A model generated the notes under the pieces. That model ran no database searches. It saw only the letters and a list, made by a program, of their open reading frames with translations, and was not told the DNA's origin. From NCBI GenBank assembly GCA_030617565.1, contig JAUWVE010000001.1, forward strand, positions 1-43,932: DNA of 43,932 bases, in the 5' to 3' direction. A program made the translations under genes and the position numbers. This DNA is from Gammaproteobacteria bacterium. GTDB lineage: Bacteria > Pseudomonadota > Gammaproteobacteria > BMS3Bbin11. This document shows positions 20,678 to 29,537 of this stretch, one piece after another. Numbering within the stretch: the stretch's first letter is position 1; each line of letters begins with the position of its first letter.

Positions 20678-20980
20678 ATGGCTAATATTTCAAGACTTGG
20701 AAGCAGGCAGCATAGTAATGCTTCGCAGCATGTAGACAATACACCGAGATGTCCGGTTTGCGGTGGCAAGAAGTACACGCTTGCTGCCACCAGAAAGGTA
20801 AGCCACATGTCTATAGTTTATGAAAGACAGGATTGTCACGCATGTGTTGGTGAAAACAAATCTTTTCCTGTTGAGCAAACAAATAAGTCGCCGCGTGGTG
20901 GCAAGAAAATGCTAAGCGGAACCGGTTACCTGAGAAATAAAAAACGCCGCAGGAAAGATGAAAGTGAGGGGGACTCCTAG
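20678..20980 (+). CDS. Hypothetical small protein with a Cys4 zinc-ribbon-like motif and basic tail
   Basis: 100 aa ORF behind a GGAGA RBS. CPVCGG...(31 aa)...CHAC, with C-terminal KKRRRKDE. No family recognised; it may be non-coding. Confidence 0.35.
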   Translation: MANISRLGSRQHSNASQHVDNTPRCPVCGGKKYTLAATRKVSHMSIVYERQDCHACVGENKSFPVEQTNKSPRGGKKMLSGTGYLRNKKRRRKDESEGDS

Positions 20981-20989
20981 GGAGCCCCC
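20968..20989. terminator. GC-rich hairpin between convergent ORFs (candidate bidirectional terminator)
   Basis: GGGGGACTCC-TAG-GGAGCCCCC forms a 9-bp stem with one bulged A. The loop is the TAG stop codon of the 20678 ORF. There is no clean U-tract. Confidence 0.3.
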
Positions 20990-20994
20990 CCAAG

Positions 20995-21450
20995 TCATTT
21001 AAGGCTGAAGGGTTCATTTTCTTCGGCGGGTGCTTTTGATGGTTTGCTGCGCTTCAACTTGATTGATGCCCGGTTTCTTTCTAATTCACGTGATTGACGT
21101 TTTTTCGCTTTGCTTTGCTCTAATTCCCTGTTTTTTTTGTCAATAGATTTCAAATAGTCGTCCAGTCTTTTTTCTGCGGCTCTAGCCCGTGATTTCTCAC
21201 GTTTTTCGATCTGTCTGACTTCTTTATACAGAGCAGAATTTCTCTTCATGGCCTCTTCATAGGCAGATTCATCAAAATTACTATGAACCTCGATACGCTG
21301 TTTTATCCTGGCGCTGGATGGTGGCGGTTGATCCCCATAGTGTATCTGTCCTGAAGCATCAGTCCATTTCTGGATGCTGTCAGAAAAAGCGGGATTACTG
21401 CCAAGTAGAAATAAAAATAGTGGAAATAAAAATAGTGTTGTTTTTCTCAT
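20995..21450 (-). CDS. DUF4124-like secreted protein with charged coiled-coil tail
   Basis: Start at the ATG 21450 behind a GGAGGG RBS, giving MRKTTLFLFPLFLFLLGSNPAFS (signal peptide). WTDASGQIHYGDQPP matches the DUF4124 core. The C-terminal half is K/R/E-rich. Confidence 0.65.
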   Translation of the reverse strand: MRKTTLFLFPLFLFLLGSNPAFSDSIQKWTDASGQIHYGDQPPPSSARIKQRIEVHSNFDESAYEEAMKRNSALYKEVRQIEKREKSRARAAEKRLDDYLKSIDKKNRELEQSKAKKRQSRELERNRASIKLKRSKPSKAPAEENEPFSLK

Positions 21451-21538
21451 TCCGTTCCCTCCATGGATAGTGGTATGAGTATGTATCAGCCTGTAAGCCA
21501 GAAATATGGCATTACTAGTACAAGACACCCTGATTATG

Positions 21539-22576
21539 TTACGGGTATTTCAATAGGGCAAGAGCCTTGTATATTGTGTCATTATCAAGTTTCAGAAAAT
21601 CTTCTTTGTTGAATGTTATTATGCCACCGCACAGTTCATACCAGGCAAGGTTTTCGCTCCATTCCGGAGCATCAAAACTTCCCTGGTATTTTCTTGGTAG
21701 ACAAATAATCCTCTGCGGCAGATATATAAGATCGTAAGTGATGTTTTTCTGATGAAGCTCAGCGATGGTCTGCCAGGAATCTGCACTGTGTTCGAATACC
21801 AGGCAGGATATCGGAAAGACCTGTTTGCCGCCATTATGCAGCCAGTGCTTATCTAGCACAGGAAGCGGCTGCTGACGGGTAAAGGTCTGGAAATGCAGGT
21901 GATTAATTGATGCCCCTGCTCCATATCCATTATAGGCGATAGCTATGTCGGGGATGCTTTTACCAATTTCTCTGCATAGCCTGCTGATAAAGTTGTGCAT
22001 ATCAGAATTCAAAAATTGGGGAAGATTTTTTTTTGCCTCAGGTACAAGAAGGCCATGCAGGGATGCGAACGGGAATTTATTGTAAAGCAACTTTATGGCC
22101 ACACCCTCGATATCACCGGCCCAGAAAACTTCCTTGTTGAGAAAAGGCTTGTTGAAATGGAATGCATTGTCGTTAAATTCCTGCAACAGGGTGGAAATTA
22201 CAGCTCCTGACATCCTTTGCGGTCGTAATGATCGCAGTTGATTAAACTGCAGTTCCCAGTCTTTGGTCTGTCGAAATTCAGTTGTATTCAGATTGTTGAA
22301 ACCGATGGCGATGAGTTTTAGGAAAACCAGTATGTCATCGGGGGCATCATTGGAGTGCTTGCCCTGCCTGAGTTTGTTTGAGTATTGCTGGCTTAGTATC
22401 TCAAATTTATCCTGCAGTCGATCCTTCAGCAGCAGAAAAATATGTTCATCAAATATTGCATTGGCCAGTACCAGTATAAATGTCCCAAGTGATTCTTCTT
22501 TCAACTGGCGCACTAAACCCTCCTCAAATGCGTCTCGCAGTGAGTCAGGTGATGAAAAAATATCGGGTAAATTCAT
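21539..22576 (-). CDS. HIT-superfamily HxHxQ protein, Ap4A phosphorylase / GDP-hexose phosphorylase-like
   Basis: 345 aa. LLYNKFPFASLHGLLVPE followed by AYNGYGAGASINHLHFQ reproduces the NKFP..H.LLV ... YN.G..AGAS..H.H.Q pattern of the ATP adenylyltransferase (Apa2) / GDP-L-galactose phosphorylase branch. Confidence 0.6.
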   Translation of the reverse strand: MNLPDIFSSPDSLRDAFEEGLVRQLKEESLGTFILVLANAIFDEHIFLLLKDRLQDKFEILSQQYSNKLRQGKHSNDAPDDILVFLKLIAIGFNNLNTTEFRQTKDWELQFNQLRSLRPQRMSGAVISTLLQEFNDNAFHFNKPFLNKEVFWAGDIEGVAIKLLYNKFPFASLHGLLVPEAKKNLPQFLNSDMHNFISRLCREIGKSIPDIAIAYNGYGAGASINHLHFQTFTRQQPLPVLDKHWLHNGGKQVFPISCLVFEHSADSWQTIAELHQKNITYDLIYLPQRIICLPRKYQGSFDAPEWSENLAWYELCGGIITFNKEDFLKLDNDTIYKALALLKYP

Positions 22577-22725
22577 AGGTGCGGTATTGTGTCATAACAC
22601 GATCATGAGTACAGAGCTTCATTAATATCACATGATATAATATGGCAACCCCTGATTAATTCTGCTCGAGCAGCATTAATCACAGGTTCCTGAGTACATT
22701 GAGTGGGTTGATTCCTGGAGTCAGT

Positions 22726-23097
22726 ATGGAAATATATAAAAAATTCAGTATAGAAGCCGCACATCGGCTGACAAATCTGCCTGCAGAGCACAAATGCTCG
22801 CGACTGCATGGTCATTCTTTTGAGGTAGAACTGCGGGTCAGCGGGGAAGTAGATGAGGACTATGGCTGGGTGCAGGATTTTGCTGAAATCAAGCAGGTTT
22901 TCAAACCGATTTATGAACAGCTGGATCATCACTATTTAAATGAGGTCGATGGACTTGGCAACCCCACTAGTGAAAACCTTGCGAAGTGGATCTGGCAGAA
23001 GCTAAAGCCCGGTCTTCCTTTATTATCTACCGTAATAGTAAGAGAGACCTGTACCGCAGGCTGTATTTACCAGGGGCCTGACAGTCATGACGCTTAA
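22726..23097 (+). CDS. queD: 6-carboxy-5,6,7,8-tetrahydropterin synthase
   Basis: 123 aa from the ATG at 22726 (CTGGAG RBS). FSIEAAHRL...[13 protein letters not shown]...LDHHYLNE are QueD/PTPS zinc and catalytic motifs. Confidence 0.9.
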   Translation: MEIYKKFSIEAAHRLTNLPAEHKCSRLHGHSFEVELRVSGEVDEDYGWVQDFAEIKQVFKPIYEQLDHHYLNEVDGLGNPTSENLAKWIWQKLKPGLPLLSTVIVRETCTAGCIYQGPDSHDA

Positions 23098-23101
23098 ATG
23101 A

Positions 23102-24685
23102 TATTCAATTGCAGCAATATTTCTGATTTTCATTGCGGGTAACTTCCAACTGGCAGCGGCCAGTACACTGGTCTATTGTTCGGAAGGAAGTCCGGAGACA
23201 TTTAACCCGCAGCTGAGCACATCAGGCACTACCTTTGATGCATCTTCCCGGCAGCTCTACAACCGACTGGTTGAATTCAAACCGGGTACGACTGAAATTG
23301 TGCCGGGTCTGGCATTACACTGGGAAATAAGCGACGATGGTCTGGCGTACACCTTTCATTTACGGGAGAAAGTCAGTTTTCATAGTACTAATTACTTCAC
23401 CCCGAGCCGGCACTTCAATGCCGATGATGTGCTGTACAGTTTCAACCGCCAACGGGATAGAACATCTCCCTGGTATAAGGTTTCCGGTGGCGTCTACAAA
23501 TATTATAACGACATGGGTTTTAATAGCCTGATCAGGGATGTGATCAAGCTCGACGACTACCGTATCAAGATCGTTCTCAATAATCCTGATAGTCCTTTCC
23601 TTTCCAATATGGCAATGGATTTTGCTTCAATTTTATCAAAGGAATATGCAGATTCCGTAATGCAGGCAGGCACTCCTGAAAAACTTGATGTGAAGCCGAT
23701 TGGCACCGGTCCTTTCATGTTCGTTAAATATGAAAAAGATGCCTTTATCCGCTACCAGGCACACCCGCGCTACTGGAGAGGCAGGGAAACACTCGATAAA
23801 CTGGTTTTTGCAATTACTGTCGACCCATCGGTGCGTTATGCACGATTAAGGGCAGGGGAATGCCAGGTGATGGCTTATCCATTACCGACAGATATCAAGT
23901 CGATGAAAAAAAACCCGGCTATCAATGTGGACGAGCAGCCTGGTCTCAATACAGCGTATTGGTCATTTAATATAAGAAAAGCTCCATTTGACCAGCTGCG
24001 TGTCAGGCAGGCAATGAATTATGCGATCAACCGGCAGGCTATACTGGATGTTATTTATCAGGGAACCGGAAAAATTGCCGATTCTATTCTTCCACCTGCC
24101 ATCTGGTCATGGAAAGCACCTGACAATGTCTATGTTTATAATCCGGATCGAGCGAAAAAGCTATTGGCCGAGGCAGGCGTTGCCGGAGACCTGGAAATTG
24201 ATATCTGGGCTATGCCTGTACAGCGGCCCTACAACCCGAATGCGCGGAAGATGGCTGAATTGATTCAGCAGGATTTATCAAAAGTAGGCATCAAGGCAAA
24301 TATTGTTACCTATGAATGGGGAACTTATCTGAAAAAGTCCCGCGAGGGTGAGCACCAGACTATACTGCTCGGCTGGACCGGCGACAATGGCGACCCGGAT
24401 AACTTTTTTTCACCTTTGTTAAGCTGTGCTGCAGCGGAGACCGGAAATAACAGGTCCTTCTGGTGTAACAGGGAGTTTGATGATTTGATAGCTTTGGCAC
24501 GCATAGAGCAGGACCAGGCAAAAAGAAAAAAATTATACAGGCTTGCTGAAGTAATTTTCAAGCAGGAGGCGCCCTGGGTGACGATAGCTCATGCAGTCCG
24601 ATATCAACCTTATCTGAAAAATGTCGAGGGCCTGAAGATAGATCCATTCGGAGGCATATATTTTTCAGGGGTTAGACTGAAGTAG
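23102..24685 (+). CDS. dppA: Dipeptide ABC transporter substrate-binding protein (start codon unresolved)
   Basis: Near-colinear with E. coli DppA as I recall it (TLVYCSEGSPETFNPQ, AMDFASILSKEYAD, WAMPVQRPYNPNARKMAE, GWTGDNGDPDNFFSPLLSCAA). The frame is open from 23102 and encodes the signal-peptide h- and c-regions (IAAIFLIFIAGNFQLAAA|STLVY). The first ATG/GTG/TTG in frame is the GTG at 23300, 66 codons in. Confidence 0.85.
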   Translation, partial: YSIAAIFLIFIAGNFQLAAASTLVYCSEGSPETFNPQLSTSGTTFDASSRQLYNRLVEFKPGTTEIVPGLALHWEISDDGLAYTFHLREKVSFHSTNYFTPSRHFNADDVLYSFNRQRDRTSPWYKVSGGVYKYYNDMGFNSLIRDVIKLDDYRIKIVLNNPDSPFLSNMAMDFASILSKEYADSVMQAGTPEKLDVKPIGTGPFMFVKYEKDAFIRYQAHPRYWRGRETLDKLVFAITVDPSVRYARLRAGECQVMAYPLPTDIKSMKKNPAINVDEQPGLNTAYWSFNIRKAPFDQLRVRQAMNYAINRQAILDVIYQGTGKIADSILPPAIWSWKAPDNVYVYNPDRAKKLLAEAGVAGDLEIDIWAMPVQRPYNPNARKMAELIQQDLSKVGIKANIVTYEWGTYLKKSREGEHQTILLGWTGDNGDPDNFFSPLLSCAAAETGNNRSFWCNREFDDLIALARIEQDQAKRKKLYRLAEVIFKQEAPWVTIAHAVRYQPYLKNVEGLKIDPFGGIYFSGVRLK

Positions 24686-24700
24686 GTCCTTCACATTTAT

Positions 24701-25711
24701 ATGCCTCAGCTACTGCTGCGTCGACTGCTGCTGATTGTTCCAGGTTTTCTAGGTATAACCGCACTGACTTTTTTTCTTATCCGTCTGGCGCCGGGTGATC
24801 CAATACTTCTGCTGGCAGGGGAACATGGCGTATCTGCAGAACGCTATGAGGAATTGCAGCACCAGTTTGGCTTTGACCGGCCCCTGTTCATCCAGTTTAC
24901 TGATTACCTGTGGCAGCTGCTCAATGGTAATCTCGGCACTTCGGTAGTGACACAGACTCCAGTGCTGGAAGAGTTTGGAAATCTGTTTCCCGCCACCCTG
25001 GAACTGGCAGTCATTGCCATGATTATTGCCACCATTATCGCTATACCTGCCGGAGTGCTGGCAGCGGTAAAACGCAACACAGTTATTGATCACAGCATTA
25101 CTGCTGTTTCACTGGTCGGCTACTCCATGCCGATATTCTGGTGGGCCCTGTTACTAATCCTCTTATTCTCGGTCAATCTGGGATGGATGCCTGTAGCGGG
25201 ACGCCTTAATTTCATCTACGACATACAATCAGTTACCGGGTTTATGCTGATAGACACCCTGTTGGCAGGCGATCAGGATGCCTTTTTTGATGCACTGCAT
25301 CACCTGGTTTTGCCGGCTATCGTTCTTGCCACTATACCGCTTGCAGTGATCACGCGCATGACCCGGTCTTCCATGCTGGAGGTGCTGAAACAGGACTATA
25401 TTCGTACCGCTAGAGCAAAAGGACTATCAGAATTCTCAGTAATATTTAAGCATGCCCTGAGAAATGCGTTAATCCCGGTGATTACTGTTATTGGTCTGCA
25501 AATCAGTATTTTAATGACCGGGGCAATACTCACCGAAACTATTTTCTCCTGGCCGGGCATCGGTAAATGGATACTGGAGGCAGTCTATAGACGAGACTAT
25601 CCTGTCGTGCAGGGCGGGGTGCTGTTGATAGCAGGGCTGGTCATATTGGTGAACACAGCTGTTGATCTGCTTTATGTTGTGATCAACCCAGCTTTAAGAC
25701 AGCCAAAATGA
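24701..25711 (+). CDS. dppB: Dipeptide ABC transporter permease
   Basis: 336 aa, 6 TM. BPD-transporter EAA loop (YIRTARAKGLSE), in operon position after dppA. Confidence 0.92.
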   Translation: MPQLLLRRLLLIVPGFLGITALTFFLIRLAPGDPILLLAGEHGVSAERYEELQHQFGFDRPLFIQFTDYLWQLLNGNLGTSVVTQTPVLEEFGNLFPATLELAVIAMIIATIIAIPAGVLAAVKRNTVIDHSITAVSLVGYSMPIFWWALLLILLFSVNLGWMPVAGRLNFIYDIQSVTGFMLIDTLLAGDQDAFFDALHHLVLPAIVLATIPLAVITRMTRSSMLEVLKQDYIRTARAKGLSEFSVIFKHALRNALIPVITVIGLQISILMTGAILTETIFSWPGIGKWILEAVYRRDYPVVQGGVLLIAGLVILVNTAVDLLYVVINPALRQPK

Positions 25712-26601
25712 TAGAAATTAGAACATCTGAGAATTTGCCCGATTTAACCCCTCGCCAGGAGGTCTGCTATAAATTACGCGTAAATCACAGTGCGATGGTG
25801 GCCCTTTTTGTCCTCCTGCTTTTGATCACAGGTGCCATATTGGCACCGCTGATTGCACCTCATGACCCGTATGAACAATATACCGATACCCTGCTTGCAC
25901 CGCCCTACCTGGCAGCAGATAGTAAATCGGGTTTCTTACTGGGAACCGATGACCTGGGACGCGACATGTTTTCACGGCTGCTGTATGGCGCACGGTATTC
26001 ATTATTTCTTGGCTTCGCAATCGTCGTTTTCTCTCTTGTTTTCGGGGTGATGATTGGTGCTATTGCCGGTATGAAACGCGGCCTGACAGAGACGGTGATC
26101 CTGCGTCTGATGGATATCATGCTAGCCGTCCCCGCTATTTTATTGGCGATAATCATCGTAGCGATACTGGGGGCCAGCCTGGTAAACGCTGCATTAGCCG
26201 TCAGTATTGTACTGTTGCCACATTTTGTACGGATAACTCGCGCAGCGGTAATAGCTGAAATGAACAGGGAATATGTCCTTGCTTCACAACTGGACGGTAG
26301 CAGGGGGTGGCGTTTATTTTTCCAGACTATACTTCCCAACATTTCAGCGCCACTAATCGTTCAGGCAACACTTTCTTTCTCCAATGCGATTCTGGACATT
26401 GCCGCGCTGGGCTTTCTGGGGCTGGGGGCACAACCGCCGATCCCGGAGTGGGGTACTTTATTGTCATCCTCGCGTGAGTTGATTGAGGTGGCTCCCTGGA
26501 CAGTGACATTACCCGGTCTGGCGATTCTTGTTACCGTGCTGGCCAGTAATATACTCGGTGATGGTCTGCGCGATGCGCTGGATCCAAAGGTGGACGCATA
26601 A
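25708..26601 (+). CDS. dppC: Dipeptide ABC transporter permease
   Basis: 297 aa. ATGA overlap with dppB, LGTDDLGRDMFSRLLYGAR motif, and an EAA-like loop (REYVLASQLDGS). Confidence 0.92.
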   Translation: MIEIRTSENLPDLTPRQEVCYKLRVNHSAMVALFVLLLLITGAILAPLIAPHDPYEQYTDTLLAPPYLAADSKSGFLLGTDDLGRDMFSRLLYGARYSLFLGFAIVVFSLVFGVMIGAIAGMKRGLTETVILRLMDIMLAVPAILLAIIIVAILGASLVNAALAVSIVLLPHFVRITRAAVIAEMNREYVLASQLDGSRGWRLFFQTILPNISAPLIVQATLSFSNAILDIAALGFLGLGAQPPIPEWGTLLSSSRELIEVAPWTVTLPGLAILVTVLASNILGDGLRDALDPKVDA

Positions 26602-27602
26602 TGTGCGACCTGCCAGTCCTGCTGGAAGTGGATGACCTGAATGTTGATTTCGAACTGCGCGGTGTGAGCGTACAGGCTGTTCAATCTGTTTCTCTAAAAG
26701 TTTCTGCCGGTGAGACAGTGGGGATAGTAGGGGAATCGGGGTCTGGTAAAAGTGTGACCTCGTTGGCCATCATGGGATTGATCAAAGAGCCCGGTATTCT
26801 GCGCTCGGGCTCGGTCAGGATATTTGGTGAGGATATGCTTAAACTATCCAGCCGCCAGCGTAGAAAATATCTGGGCAGAGACATTTCGATGATCTTCCAG
26901 GAGCCAACAGAAAGTCTCAACCCCGTTTTCACCATTGCCCGGCAGATTGACGAAGTACTGAAAAGTCATTCAAGTATGAGTCGCCGGCAACGAAAAGACC
27001 GTGTGCTGGAATTGATGAAGATTGTCGGCATGCCGGAGCCAGAGAAAACCCTGCGTTCATGGCCGCATCAGCTGTCAGGCGGTATGAACCAGCGCGTTAT
27101 GATTGCGATGGCAATTGCATGCAATCCTTTGTTATTAATTGCGGATGAGCCGACCACCGCACTGGATGTCACTGTGCAGGAGCAGATTCTTCATCTACTG
27201 CGCCGTCTGCAGCAGGAAAATAACATGGGAATGATTTTTATTACTCATGACCTGTCTGTGGTATCAACAATCGCAGATAAAATTATCGTTATGTATGCCG
27301 GTCAGGTAGTAGAGGTATGTGACACTGATGATTTGTTTCTGCAGGCATTGCATCCCTACACTGAAGCATTACTGAAAAGCCTGCCTGAAAATTATTCAGC
27401 AATTAACAGGCGCATGGAAAATATTAAAGGTACACCGCCAGCAGTAGGAGAGAGACTGCCGGGATGCAGCTTTCAACCTCGTTGCAACTATGCTCGTGAA
27501 CTATGCAGTCAGCAGAAGCCTGTACTGAATGCCATCGATAAGTATTCATCGCGCAGAGTACGATGTTTTTACCCACTCGACAACGATTCCAGGAATACCT
27601 GA
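26601..27602 (+). CDS. dppD: Dipeptide ABC transporter ATP-binding protein
   Basis: 333 aa. Walker A GESGSGKS, signature LSGGMNQR, Walker [13 protein letters not shown], and an oligopeptide-type C-terminal domain. Confidence 0.92.
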   Translation: MCDLPVLLEVDDLNVDFELRGVSVQAVQSVSLKVSAGETVGIVGESGSGKSVTSLAIMGLIKEPGILRSGSVRIFGEDMLKLSSRQRRKYLGRDISMIFQEPTESLNPVFTIARQIDEVLKSHSSMSRRQRKDRVLELMKIVGMPEPEKTLRSWPHQLSGGMNQRVMIAMAIACNPLLLIADEPTTALDVTVQEQILHLLRRLQQENNMGMIFITHDLSVVSTIADKIIVMYAGQVVEVCDTDDLFLQALHPYTEALLKSLPENYSAINRRMENIKGTPPAVGERLPGCSFQPRCNYARELCSQQKPVLNAIDKYSSRRVRCFYPLDNDSRNT

Positions 27603-28543
27603 TGCCCGCTCTGCTTAGTGTTCGAAAAATATCAAAATCCTATAAGGAAAACACTGGTGTTTTTGCTACAGGAAAAAAGATAGTGTTGGACAAAGTAAGC
27701 TTCGAACTTGAATCAGCACAAATCCTCGCCGTAGTCGGTGAGTCGGGATCGGGTAAATCTACCCTGGCAAGACAGATAGTGATGCTTGAACATCCGGATA
27801 GTGGTGAAATATTGCTTCATGGCGAGTCACTGCAGTCTGAAGCAAGGGTGCACCAAAAAATTAGAATGATTTTCCAGAACCCTGCGGCTTCATTAAATCC
27901 ACACAAACGTATCTATCAACAACTTGAAGAACCTTTAATAAATAATACGGCTTTGTCCCAATCCGAACGCAGTAGCAGGATTAAGCAAAGCCTCGAACGC
28001 GTAGGAATGGGTGCAGATCAGGTGTCGCGTTACCCGCATATGTTTTCCGGTGGTCAGCGCCAGCGTATCGCTATTGCCAGGGCACTCATTGTTAACCCTG
28101 AAATTATAGTGGCAGATGAAGCGGTCTCTGCGCTTGATGTCTCTGTGCAGGCCCAGGTCCTTAATTTGATACTGGATCTGAAAGATGAGATGCGAATGTC
28201 ATGGTTATTTATTACGCATGATATCAGCGTGGTAAATGTTATTGCAGACAGGGTGATGGTGCTCTATGCAGGCAAGGTGATGGAAATAGGTAGTGTAAAA
28301 GATGTACTGGAAAACCCGCTCCATCCTTACACCAGAAAACTTCTCCAATGTGTGCCAAAGGTGGGCACCCAACTGAAAATTATTTCTACTGAAGGAATGC
28401 CATATCCGAGTGCTGTCTTCCCATCAATGGGATCCGGTTGTGTTTACAGAAACAGATGTCCGTTGGTAGATAAAATCTGTGGAGAAACTGAACCACCAAT
28501 GATTAGTTCAGCAAGACAGTCAGTGGCATGTTTTAAAGTGTGA
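27602..28543 (+). CDS. dppF: Dipeptide ABC transporter ATP-binding protein
   Basis: The ATG at 27602 overlaps the dppD TGA (ATGA). Walker [30 protein letters not shown]. The 27563 start in the track lies inside dppD. Confidence 0.9.
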   Translation: MPALLSVRKISKSYKENTGVFATGKKIVLDKVSFELESAQILAVVGESGSGKSTLARQIVMLEHPDSGEILLHGESLQSEARVHQKIRMIFQNPAASLNPHKRIYQQLEEPLINNTALSQSERSSRIKQSLERVGMGADQVSRYPHMFSGGQRQRIAIARALIVNPEIIVADEAVSALDVSVQAQVLNLILDLKDEMRMSWLFITHDISVVNVIADRVMVLYAGKVMEIGSVKDVLENPLHPYTRKLLQCVPKVGTQLKIISTEGMPYPSAVFPSMGSGCVYRNRCPLVDKICGETEPPMISSARQSVACFKV

Positions 28544-28565
28544 TAGAGGCATTCCTGCAGGTACT

Positions 28566-29537
28566 TTAAAGACTGTCATCACGCCAACGACGCAGTGAGA
28601 TGGCCATGCCGGTAAAGAAGAAACCGATGAGCAGACCCATCCATACTTTAACATTCATAAAGAAACTGAGAATATCATCAATCGAGGGTACACTTATGCC
28701 GGCCGACATATTAAAGCCCGGCAGCTGCTGCTCATTCAGGCTGTAATTATAAGCCATCAGACTGCTCTCATTACCAAGCTGCATCGACATAATCCCCAAT
28801 GGTAGCCGTTCCAGCAGAATCTCGGAAATACCTGTCCCCAGCATGAAGCTGCTGTCAATAAAAACAAGTATCACGGGTATCAGAACGGCAACGATTATGG
28901 GCGGCTTACGGCACCAGACGGAGCAGAACAACAACCAGCCCATAACAGGAAAATACCAGATAGTCTGTTGTATAAGTAAAAATATTGAAAACATCGATAA
29001 ACCGGACACATCAGTCTGCTGCCACAATAAATCCGCAGCATATTGATTTTTGTAAAAGACCAGGCTTTGTATTGCCAGTGTCATGAAATTTGCCAGCGCA
29101 GTGGTAATAAATATGATGACTGGAATAATGATGACCGCAATCGTAAGCTTGGAAAGCACGGTCTGTTTATTTGAAACCGGTAAAGATTTCCAGAACAGGA
29201 TAGTGCGATCCTTACGTTCGCCATAAAGACTATCAAGCAGATAGAAAAACATCACAATCAGGAGTACGGAATTAATGATCATTCCGGTGGTAATCATGGT
29301 GCTGTTGATGATGGCCGTTTGCTGGCCTGGCTTCAGTTGTGTGAAAAATCCGAGATAACTGCTCAGCGAGCGGACTTCTTCTCCATTGACAATGCTTAAT
29401 GTCCCGGTAGAATTACTCAAAAGAAAAATAAAGGCAAGATTAGCCAGCAGGACAAAGGCGAGCAAGGTTATAGGAACTCCCTTCAGGCTTGTATGCTCCC
29501 ATAACTCGCGCCGCAGCAAAGTAGTAAAGCTATGCAT
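28566..29537 (-). CDS. ABC-2 type transporter permease (substrate unknown)
   Basis: 323 aa from the ATG at 29537. Multi-pass hydrophobic protein whose start overlaps the upstream ATPase stop by 8 nt (ATGCATAG). Confidence 0.65.
   Translation of the reverse strand: MHSFTTLLRRELWEHTSLKGVPITLLAFVLLANLAFIFLLSNSTGTLSIVNGEEVRSLSSYLGFFTQLKPGQQTAIINSTMITTGMIINSVLLIVMFFYLLDSLYGERKDRTILFWKSLPVSNKQTVLSKLTIAVIIIPVIIFITTALANFMTLAIQSLVFYKNQYAADLLWQQTDVSGLSMFSIFLLIQQTIWYFPVMGWLLFCSVWCRKPPIIVAVLIPVILVFIDSSFMLGTGISEILLERLPLGIMSMQLGNESSLMAYNYSLNEQQLPGFNMSAGISVPSIDDILSFFMNVKVWMGLLIGFFFTGMAISLRRWRDDSL

Noticed and set aside
25905-26342. 145-aa minus-strand ORF inside dppC, and many similar 60-150-aa antisense ORFs across the window (for example 415-828, 9700-10098, 13217-13585, 18879-19328, 39503-39973, 41904-42275)
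   Set aside because: All lie inside well-supported conserved genes on the opposite strand or in another frame, have low-complexity Ser/Arg/Pro-rich translations, and lack motifs.
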